Of a stretch of 48,296 nt of DNA, positions 32,346 through 39,429 are shown piece after piece. The notes beneath the pieces were generated by a model, which saw nothing but the letters and a program-made list of their open reading frames with translations, ran no database searches and was not told the origin of the DNA. The translations under genes were made by a program, and so were the position numbers. Position 1 is the first letter of the stretch. Every line of letters begins with the position of its first letter. Source of the DNA: Candidatus Nomurabacteria bacterium. GTDB taxonomy: Bacteria; Patescibacteriota; Minisyncoccia; Phycocordibacterales; SBAW01. Location of the stretch: NCBI GenBank assembly GCA_943348815.1, contig CALQYT010000001.1, positions 158,994 through 207,289 of the forward strand, given 5' to 3'.

Positions 32346-32987
32346 ATGGACCCGAACCATACGCATCTCCAAATTAAACTCTGTGTATCGGGTGCGGCCG
32401 AGACGGGGCATTGCGGTATCGATGCCTACGACAAAGGGATCGAGCTCGGCCGGCAAATCGCCAAGCAGGGCGGGGTGCTTGTGAATGGTGCAACAACGGG
32501 CTTCCCCCTATGGGCGGCGATGGGGGCCAAAGAACTCAAAGGCTACACCGTTGGTTTTTCTCCGGCGAGCTCGGAGAAAGAGCATATCGAACTTTATAAT
32601 CTCCCTGTCGAATATTTGGACGTGATTATTTACACTGGTTTTGGCTACCCAGGCCGCGATTTGATTTTGACCCGCTCGTCGGATGCGGTGCTGTTTGGCT
32701 GCGGGCGCATCGGCACGATACATGAGTTTACGATCGCCTTTGAAGACAAAAAACCGATCGGCATTTTGGAGGCCGACTGGGAGACCGACGAAGTAATAAA
32801 AAGTATTTTAGAGAATGGGCACCGCCCGAGCGATCGTATTATTTTTGACAGCGATCCGAAGGCTTTGGTGGAGCGGGTCGTAGAGTTGGTTAACAAAGAC
32901 AAAATCAACCGCGCGTCCTTCCACTTTTCTCCGCAACAACCGGGCACCTCAGCTCCTTTTAGCCCTGCTGGCGCAGAGGCGCAGTAG
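32346..32987 (+). CDS. LOG/TIGR00725-like (SLOG superfamily) Rossmann protein
   Basis: KLCVSGAA...GVLVNGATTG and GCGRIGTIHEF (variant of PGGxGTxxE). Family unverified. Confidence 0.65.
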   Translation: MDPNHTHLQIKLCVSGAAETGHCGIDAYDKGIELGRQIAKQGGVLVNGATTGFPLWAAMGAKELKGYTVGFSPASSEKEHIELYNLPVEYLDVIIYTGFGYPGRDLILTRSSDAVLFGCGRIGTIHEFTIAFEDKKPIGILEADWETDEVIKSILENGHRPSDRIIFDSDPKALVERVVELVNKDKINRASFHFSPQQPGTSAPFSPAGAEAQ

Positions 32988-32989
32988 TT

Positions 32990-33340
32990 TTAGTAAACCT
33001 TTTTGACGATCCGGGCGAAGCTTTCGGGATTTTGGTTGGCCAACTCGGAGAGCATCTTGCGGTTGAGTTTGATGTTCTTTTTGTTCATCGCATTGATAAA
33101 CGTCGAGTACGAAAAGTCAGGATTGATTTGGCGCAAGCCGGCATTGAGGCGTACGGTCCACAGACGGCGGAAGTCGCCTTTTTTGTCGCGGCGGTGCGCA
33201 AAGGCATATTTACCCGCATGAAAGATAGCCTCTTTAGCCGCACGCTTTTTGGTAGAGCGGCTAAAACGGTAACCCTTGGTCATTGCCAAGATATTTTTGC
33301 GGCGCTTATTGCTGGTGACTCCTCCTTTTACGCGTGCCAT
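32990..33340 (-). CDS. rplT: 50S ribosomal protein L20
   Basis: MARVKGGVTSNKRRKNIL...GYRFSRS motif. Confidence 0.94.
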   Translation of the reverse strand: MARVKGGVTSNKRRKNILAMTKGYRFSRSTKKRAAKEAIFHAGKYAFAHRRDKKGDFRRLWTVRLNAGLRQINPDFSYSTFINAMNKKNIKLNRKMLSELANQNPESFARIVKKVY

Positions 33341-33347
33341 ATAGTGT

Positions 33348-33437
33348 TAAATCCGAAATTCGAATATCGAAATTCGAAATTTTAGTTTTTTAATTTTTAA
33401 TATTTGTTTCGTGCTTCGAACTTCGTGCTTTGGATTT
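33348..33437. repeat. inverted pair of family 1 cassettes flanking the rpmI stop / rplT start
   Basis: AAATCCGAAATTCGAATATCGAAATTCGAAAT (33348-33380) and its near reverse complement GTTTCGTGCTTCGAACTTCGTGCTTTGGATTT (33406-33437). Confidence 0.7.
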
Positions 33438-33626
33438 AATCTTGATGTAGCGTTGCATTACCTTTGCCGTCATCACATCTACGCCAATAAGCTGCGAGCG
33501 TTTGCCACTCATCTGGGTAGAACGCTTTTCTTTGGCATTAAAGTGATTTTTTCCTGGTTTGCGCGCAACAATCTTCCCGTTGCGGGTGATCTTGAGGCGT
33601 TTGCTAAATGATTTATTAGTTTTCAT
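33390..33626 (-). CDS. rpmI: 50S ribosomal protein L35
   Basis: MKTNKSFSKRLKITRNGKIVARKPGKNH. The C-terminal tail KSKARSSKHETNIKN is encoded by the cassette. Confidence 0.9.
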   Translation of the reverse strand: MKTNKSFSKRLKITRNGKIVARKPGKNHFNAKEKRSTQMSGKRSQLIGVDVMTAKVMQRYIKIKSKARSSKHETNIKN

Positions 33627-34189
33627 TGTTTTCGTGCTTTTTCGAGCACCGTTGCCAGACCTTTGGGGCTCTTCTGGATAGGGTCGGCTAGTTTGTAGTC
33701 GGCGGGGATCAGTTTGAGGAATCGCTCCAGCCTCTCTTTAAGAAACGAGAACTCCATGTACTTATACCGCCCCCACAAGAACAGATCCACCTTGACCCGA
33801 TGGCCCTCAGACAGCCATTCGGCGGCCTTTTTGGCCTTTAACTGCATATCGTGGTCGCCGGTGCCGATTTTGACCTGAACAGACTTGGTCTCGGTGGTGT
33901 GGGATTTAGCCTTAATTTCCCGGCGTTTTTTCTGCTGTTCGTACTGGAATTTACCATATTCCATTATCTTTGCAACCGGGGGGTTGGCGTTAGGGCTTAT
34001 TTCAATGAGGTCGAGCCCAAACTCCTGGGCTTTGGCTATCGCGTCCGAAAGGCCGAGCACTCCAAAATTCTCCCCCTCGGGGCCCAGCACGCGCACCTCC
34101 TTGGCGCTGATCCGATGATTGATACGAGTATCCAAAGCCTTGTTGACGACACTATAGCACAAGGGAGGTTCATTGGCCAAGCTAGGCAC
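33623..34189 (-). CDS. infC: translation initiation factor IF-3 (true start uncertain, probably internal and non-canonical)
   Basis: INHRISAKEVRVLGPEGE...LDLIEISPNANPPVAKIMEYGKFQYE. The ORF as drawn starts at GTG 34189. ATGA overlap with rpmI. Confidence 0.88.
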   Translation of the reverse strand: MPSLANEPPLCYSVVNKALDTRINHRISAKEVRVLGPEGENFGVLGLSDAIAKAQEFGLDLIEISPNANPPVAKIMEYGKFQYEQQKKRREIKAKSHTTETKSVQVKIGTGDHDMQLKAKKAAEWLSEGHRVKVDLFLWGRYKYMEFSFLKERLERFLKLIPADYKLADPIQKSPKGLATVLEKARKQ

Positions 34190-35057
34190 ATGCTACGATA
34201 ACTGGGTGAAAGAACGTTGGCGTTTTGTTTTTAAAATCCTGATACCGGTAGTTCTTTTTCTACTGCCATTTTTTCTGCCGCTCTTTGAGTATGGTTTTAA
34301 TTTTGAGGCGCTACTGTTGGTGACGCCAATCGCGTTTGCCGTGCTCGCAGGGTTTTTTATCGCCACCGCAACTACCAACTATCTCAACCTGCAAACACTG
34401 GTGGCCGAAGAAGACGCAACGCTTATTTCTGTCTACAACCTCTCAAAATTAATTGACCCAGAGCGTGCAGAGCGGGTCGCAGAGGCGATCGATCAGTATC
34501 TTATGAAGGCATTCGACTTTCAGTTTAGCGAGTATACGGACTTTACAATCACCGAGTTTGATCCGATCATCGAGTCAATCGACGCGATACAACCGGTATC
34601 ACCAACGCCAGTGCAAGAGGCGGTCTTACCGTATCTGCATGAACTCAAGAGCGGTCTTTTTAAAACAAGGCAGATTATTACACTCACCGCGCCGCGCATC
34701 GTGCTTGGGTCGCACTGGTTTATTTTGGGCACTCTTGCGGCGGCCAACGTGGTGCTGTTGTTTGGGTTGCGCAACGGGTCGCTCATACTCAACGTTGTCT
34801 TGGGGCTGACGTCCATTGCTATGTATTTAGTGCTCGTCATTCTGTACGAGATAGATGGTGATTTGTTCCAAGAAGAAAATATGGCGTATCTGAACTCTCA
34901 AAAAGTATTTCGTGCCATCGGTCGCTTGAGTTACTTCCCGGCAGACGCGATCAAGCAGGGGAGGGTGCAGAAAAAACATCTGCCCTCGCGATACCGCATC
35001 GGCATCTACAAAAATTTCCCCAAATCGCTTGAGAAAGAAGTAAAAATAGTTGGATAA
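34173..35057 (+). CDS. hypothetical membrane protein (DUF4239-like architecture)
   Basis: Two N-terminal and two C-terminal TM helices flank a soluble region. TTG 34173 or GTG 34206 start. Confidence 0.6.
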   Translation: MAKLGTCYDNWVKERWRFVFKILIPVVLFLLPFFLPLFEYGFNFEALLLVTPIAFAVLAGFFIATATTNYLNLQTLVAEEDATLISVYNLSKLIDPERAERVAEAIDQYLMKAFDFQFSEYTDFTITEFDPIIESIDAIQPVSPTPVQEAVLPYLHELKSGLFKTRQIITLTAPRIVLGSHWFILGTLAAANVVLLFGLRNGSLILNVVLGLTSIAMYLVLVILYEIDGDLFQEENMAYLNSQKVFRAIGRLSYFPADAIKQGRVQKKHLPSRYRIGIYKNFPKSLEKEVKIVG

Positions 35058-35064
35058 ACAAAAA

Positions 35065-35088
35065 GCCCCCAACTCAACTTGAGGGGGC
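35065..35088. terminator. bidirectional terminator
   Basis: GCCCCC / GGGGGC stem between convergent genes. A-run upstream and T-run downstream. Confidence 0.55.
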
Positions 35089-35111
35089 TTTCGAACAAGA
35101 AACGCTGGCGC

Positions 35112-35741
35112 TTACGACTTGGCGTCGAGGCGCAGCATCGCCTTCCATGCGTCGGCGATGATCTGTTCGCGCAGCTCGGCGGCATTGTCGATCAACTCGT
35201 CGCCACAGAGCCACTGATGAGCATCTTCGGACTTGCACATCTCGCCGTTGGCATTGACGCGATAGAACGTCGCGCCGGTCTTGTAGTAGAGCGCCGCGAC
35301 CGGTTCGACCGCCGCGATCTGACCGTCGGACTTGAAGCGTTGCGCCGGGACTACGGCGTAGTAGCCGTTGGCGTCCTGGAGCCACAACACGTAGGGCTGG
35401 CTGTAGTAGTTCGACGAACCCCACGACTCGTGCAGCTTGGCGTTGTCGGGGCACCGGTCGGTGTTGGTGCACACCGTCGCCAGTGTCAGCGCGAGCTGCT
35501 GCAGCGGCAACATATTCTTGGGCATCGCCTTGGGGAAGTATTCGTAACTGAGGAACTTTGCGGCGACGCGGCCCATTTCGGTGGCCGGGATGCGGTCGGT
35601 CGCAAGCATTGCCTCGTATTGCTTCGCTTGGATGACGACCTGGCTGAATTTCCAGCCGGCGATTCCGCCAACACCCCCGCCGACGGCGAGAAGGCCGACG
35701 CCTGCAAGGGCGAACAGCCCCGTCTTCAAGTTGAATTTCAT
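35112..35741 (-). CDS. GC-rich hypothetical exported protein (signal anchor)
   Basis: MKFNLKTGLFALAGVGLLAVGGGVGG. GGAGA SD upstream. The only protein-like frame of three overlapping long ORFs. Confidence 0.7.
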   Translation of the reverse strand: MKFNLKTGLFALAGVGLLAVGGGVGGIAGWKFSQVVIQAKQYEAMLATDRIPATEMGRVAAKFLSYEYFPKAMPKNMLPLQQLALTLATVCTNTDRCPDNAKLHESWGSSNYYSQPYVLWLQDANGYYAVVPAQRFKSDGQIAAVEPVAALYYKTGATFYRVNANGEMCKSEDAHQWLCGDELIDNAAELREQIIADAWKAMLRLDAKS

Positions 35742-35948
35742 AGCGATCTCCAGTTTTGGTGATGCTTGGCATCACGTTGAAATGAATTTGTTGTGCTCTG
35801 CCTTATGCCGGCAGTTCTGGCAATACCGTACCACTTTTAAAAAGTTTGGTCAATATCTAAATAATTTGAAACAAAAACACTCCCACCTAGGTGAGTTTTT
35901 TATTCGTGGGGGAATGAGAAAAGAAAATCTGTTTACCTAAATCTAGGT

Positions 35949-36479
35949 TTACCAGGACACTCTTTTGGTGGTTATAGTGCCATCGGGTTTAAAGGTGTAT
36001 TCGTCGATCACCGATTTATTTCCTTCTTTGCGGAAGTTTAGATTTAGTTTAAGTCCATCGTCTGCAGCTTGAAGGCCCATCCTTTTAAATTCGCCACGAG
36101 ACAAAAGTGACGAATCAAGTTTGGCTGATTTCATTACAGCTAAGGTAATTTTTTCTCCCACCTCGCCAAAGCGCTCAAGATCATTAGTATTGATGCGCCC
36201 AGTGCCCGCGTTGTTATCAAACGCACTGACCATGTTAAGCAAGAAGGGGAAGTTTTGTGGAGTAAAGGCAAAAACATCTTCGCCCCCGGTCTGATAAAGA
36301 GTGTCCAACATATCCACGTATTCTCTAAACGCAGTTCGACGTTCGTCCCAGTATTGTGTTGTTGCTTCCACGAAAGCTTTTAAAGGTACTCGTTCACCCT
36401 TCTCGTTCAATACCATATCCGATCCTCGTGGTGTTTCAGTTTGGGATTTGCCTGGTCCAGGTGGCGGTTTTGGGTCCAT
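35949..36479 (-). CDS. hypothetical protein
   Basis: 176-aa ORF, AT-rich. No motif. Confidence 0.55.
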   Translation of the reverse strand: MDPKPPPGPGKSQTETPRGSDMVLNEKGERVPLKAFVEATTQYWDERRTAFREYVDMLDTLYQTGGEDVFAFTPQNFPFLLNMVSAFDNNAGTGRINTNDLERFGEVGEKITLAVMKSAKLDSSLLSRGEFKRMGLQAADDGLKLNLNFRKEGNKSVIDEYTFKPDGTITTKRVSW

Positions 36480-36541
36480 GTATAAAATACTAAATAGTAA
36501 TGCTATGAGTATAACAGAGCGGTAACTACCCTGGCGGGGAC

Positions 36542-36784
36542 TCAGTTTAGAAAGTGTTTACTGGTGAATGCGTAGCCAGAACTAGATTTCAGATACCTTT
36601 CAAAGTTATAGGCTGTCGTCCGATTTGGAAAAGCGCAGTACCAAATAATTTTGTAAGGAATCTTAGATTTGTTTGATTTAGTTTCACCCGAGTTGTGCTC
36701 ATCGAGCCTATTTTTTAGGTCGTTAGTAGTTCCGATGTATTTTGATTTGTCCTTTAGACTTTCGAGAATGTATACGTAAAACAT
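36542..36784 (-). CDS. small GIY-YIG nuclease-domain protein
   Basis: MFYVYILESLKDKSKYIGTTNDLKNRLDEHNSG, plus Y..F..R.TA..FE..LK. 80 aa. Start at ATG 36784 within the longer ORF. Confidence 0.8.
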   Translation of the reverse strand: MFYVYILESLKDKSKYIGTTNDLKNRLDEHNSGETKSNKSKIPYKIIWYCAFPNRTTAYNFERYLKSSSGYAFTSKHFLN

Positions 36785-36802
36785 GAAATAAAGTTTACCC
36801 CA

Positions 36803-36856
36803 CTTCGCCAAGGCTACGCGGGGTCCACCACTTCTGCTCCGCGTCGCAGTGCCCGC
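36803..36856 (-). repeat. partial direct copy of tmRNA nt about 31-92
   Basis: CTTCGCC-AAGGCTACG...TCCACCACTTCTGC...CAGTGCCCGC aligns with 37227-37288 (CTTCGCACAAGGCTACG...TCCATCACTCCTGC...CAGTGCGCGC). Confidence 0.5.
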
Positions 36857-36876
36857 TGGTGCGCGCACCGCGAAGC

Positions 36877-36899
36877 AAAAGACCGCCTTTTGGGCGGCT
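36877..36899 (-). terminator. intrinsic terminator of ssrA
   Basis: Minus sense: GCCGCC-CAAAA-GGCGGT followed by CTTTTGCTT. Confidence 0.6.
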
Positions 36900-36908
36900 T
36901 TTGCGAAG

Positions 36909-37318
36909 TGGTGGAGATGGGGGGAGTTGAACCCCCGTGCAATGGATAACGGCACAAGCATCTACGAAGCGTAGTTTGCTTTATATCTTTAACCCAACTC
37001 GTAAGAAACAAACGAAATCAAGTTGAGTTGCAGCTTTGAGTTTTAGGTGCCGCTACTAAGCGAGTAGCGGCTGCCGAGTTTGGCTATATAACACTCTGAC
37101 CTTACCCGCCAAACCGGTAAGAGAGTGTCCCCTTAGGCCTTAGCGTAGGCGAAAGAGAAGGCGTCAGCCGTAAAATACGGAGACGTAACTGATTTTGCAG
37201 TTATGGTTTGATGAATTTTGACCCTTCTTCGCACAAGGCTACGAAGGGCGAAGGAAGATCCATCACTCCTGCATCGCGCAGTGCGCGCGTCAGTCCATTG
37301 TCTAAGCCTGTCATCCCC
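36909..37318 (-). ncRNA. ssrA: transfer-messenger RNA
   Basis: 5' GGGGAUGACAGGCUUAGAC. 3' GCACGGGGGUUCAACUCCCCCCAUCUCCACCA (T-arm, acceptor with G3-U70, encoded CCA). Adjacent to smpB. Confidence 0.9.
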
Positions 37319-37408
37319 GAGAAGTGCCCGACGCTAAACCGGCGCTTTTCGCGAATTTTCCCGACGTTTCAGTCGGGACTCCGACCAAAGCGTCGGAGCT
37401 GACTTTCA

Positions 37409-37852
37409 TTATTCTCTTTTCAAAGTTCTATCCATCTCGCGCTTGGTGTCGCGCTCCTTTAGTGTAGCGCGTTTATCGTACTTTTTCTTGCCGCGCGCAA
37501 CGCCTAAAAGTAGCTTGAGATTTCGCCCTTTATTATACACCTTTAAGGGCACTATTGTCAAGCCCTTCTGCCCCTCGTATTGGCTAAGCGCCATAAGCTC
37601 TTTTTTAGTGAGGAGCAGCTTGCGGGTACGGTCGGCATCGTAACCTTGGGGGGTGTTGGCCGGCTGATAGGGCGGGATATGCACCCCCACCAAGTAAGCC
37701 TCACCACCTCTGATGATTGCGTGAGACCCTTCAAGCTTGCCTTGCCCGGCGCGGAGGCTTTTTACCTCCGGCCCCAGCAGCTCCATACCCGCCTCGTATT
37801 CCTCGAGGATCTCGTAGTTGAGCCGTGCCTTTTTGTTTTCTACCAGCGACAT
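37409..37852 (-). CDS. smpB: SsrA-binding protein SmpB
   Basis: NKKARLNYEILEEYEAGMELLGPEVKSLR motif and a C-terminal basic tail. Confidence 0.93.
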   Translation of the reverse strand: MSLVENKKARLNYEILEEYEAGMELLGPEVKSLRAGQGKLEGSHAIIRGGEAYLVGVHIPPYQPANTPQGYDADRTRKLLLTKKELMALSQYEGQKGLTIVPLKVYNKGRNLKLLLGVARGKKKYDKRATLKERDTKREMDRTLKRE

Positions 37853-37871
37853 GCGGCTACTCTAACACCTC

Positions 37872-38231
37872 TTAAGAAAAAAATCCGACGTACAAAGGTA
37901 CCACCAAAAAGATAAGCGGGACGACCCAGTTAAACCACCACGGTGGCTGCCAGCCAAACCAACGCTTGGCGTAATGGTCGGTGCAGGGTTCTTTATATAC
38001 CGGTCGGTCTTCGCGCTGGCGTGCATTATTTTCCCACACGGTAAAAGGGCAGTCGCCGCCGTAGAAAAACCACGAACCGATAATCCCCACAATCAGTACC
38101 CCTATTACCCACAAAAAGTAGTGAGCAAATTCGGCAGGGTAGGCCGCTTTGATCCACGGGGTCGCCAAACACACAAGGCTAAAACCAAAAAACAAAACAG
38201 TGTGAACAAGGAGGGTTAGGCGGGAGAGCAT
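37872..38231 (-). CDS. hypothetical membrane protein (DUF2784-like)
   Basis: 3-4 TM helices and a GGDCPFTVWEN loop. Family unverified. Confidence 0.6.
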   Translation of the reverse strand: MLSRLTLLVHTVLFFGFSLVCLATPWIKAAYPAEFAHYFLWVIGVLIVGIIGSWFFYGGDCPFTVWENNARQREDRPVYKEPCTDHYAKRWFGWQPPWWFNWVVPLIFLVVPLYVGFFS

Positions 38232-38252
38232 GCAATTAGTATAGCGCCGCTT

Positions 38253-39380
38253 CTACCGCACGCTCTTGTAGCCGCCCTTTACTCCTTTTTTAGAAAGTAC
38301 AATTTGCCACAGCTGGTTGTGACGGACACGAAAGTTGGCCGCCGCACCGCAGAGGTAAAAGCGCCACATACGGCGAAAGCTTTCGCTATACTTATTTTTG
38401 AGCGTCGGCCAGGCTTCTTCGAACCGACGCAACCACTCCATCGTGGTTTTGTCGTAGTCGGTGCCAAAGCAGTGCCAGTCTTCCATCACAAAAATCTTTT
38501 CTATCGCTTGCGCAATGTGTCGTGGGCCCGGTAGCATCCCGTTGGGGAAGATGTATTTATGGATCCACGGGTCAACACCCGATACCGACTCGTTGGTGCC
38601 GATCGTGTGGAGCAAAAAGAGCCCGTCGTCTTTAAGGCAGCGCGCGGCCATCTTCATATACTCGCGATAATTTTTGACGCCGACGTGCTCAAACATACCG
38701 ATCGATACAAGGTGGTCGAACTGGCCCTGCGTGTCGCGATAGTCTTCGATCCTGATTTCAATGGGCAAGCCTTTGCAATGCTCTCGCGCAAGTTCTGCCT
38801 GTTCTTTCGAAATGGTGATGCCTACACCTTTGGCGCCATATTTCTCTGCCGCAAATTTTAAGAAGGAGCCCCACCCGCAACCGATGTCGAGCACCGTGTC
38901 TCCGGCTTTGAGACCAATCTTTTTGCAAATAAGATCGAGTTTTTGTTCTTGCGCGTCATCGAGGTCTTTGGCCGGGGTAGTGGGGGAGCTCCAGTAGCCG
39001 CAAGTGTAAACCATGCGTTTGTCCAACATTTTTTCAAACAAATCGTTGCCGATGTCGTAGTGCTCTTCGCCCACCTGAAAGGCGCGCTTTTTCGATTGCC
39101 AGTTTATAAAACGTGCTTTAAGGAAATATAAAATAGTGGTCGGATCTCTTTTTAAATGAGTGTCGATCCGTGCTTTGAGCGCGCGGGCAAACAATTCGTC
39201 GAGCTTCTCGGCATCCCACCAGCCGTCCATGTACGACTCGCCGAGGCCCATCGAGCCCGAGCTAAAAACGCGCGCAAACATCCGCTCGTCAAACACTTGC
39301 AGGTCATACGGTTCGGGACCGTTGAGCGTGATCCCGCCGAGCGCCAACAGCTCGCGTGTTTTTTGTTCGAGACTTTTCAT
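38253..39380 (-). CDS. cfa: cyclopropane-fatty-acyl-phospholipid synthase family SAM methyltransferase
   Basis: GLGESYMDGWWD, VLDIGCGWGSF and SIGMFEHVG motifs. Confidence 0.9.
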   Translation of the reverse strand: MKSLEQKTRELLALGGITLNGPEPYDLQVFDERMFARVFSSGSMGLGESYMDGWWDAEKLDELFARALKARIDTHLKRDPTTILYFLKARFINWQSKKRAFQVGEEHYDIGNDLFEKMLDKRMVYTCGYWSSPTTPAKDLDDAQEQKLDLICKKIGLKAGDTVLDIGCGWGSFLKFAAEKYGAKGVGITISKEQAELAREHCKGLPIEIRIEDYRDTQGQFDHLVSIGMFEHVGVKNYREYMKMAARCLKDDGLFLLHTIGTNESVSGVDPWIHKYIFPNGMLPGPRHIAQAIEKIFVMEDWHCFGTDYDKTTMEWLRRFEEAWPTLKNKYSESFRRMWRFYLCGAAANFRVRHNQLWQIVLSKKGVKGGYKSVR

Positions 39381-39429
39381 ATCGTCGAACTATAGCCTAA
39401 ATTCATCACAAATGGTACAGTGTTTTCAC

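Noticed and set aside
35074-35775. 233-aa minus-strand ORF and 227-aa plus-strand ORF (35079-35762), both overlapping 35112-35741.
   Set aside because: They are artefacts of about 65% GC content, with R/P/G-rich nonsense translations. Only the frame with a signal anchor, an SD and balanced composition was kept.
39160-39429. N-terminal 90-aa extension of ftsH. Analogous extensions exist for recG (45057-45314) and the malic enzyme (44971-45069).
   Set aside because: The extensions run antisense through neighbouring genes and lack homology. Conserved N-termini begin at ATG 39430, 45056 and 45070. The resulting 13-bp divergent recG/malic-enzyme spacer is tight but plausible.
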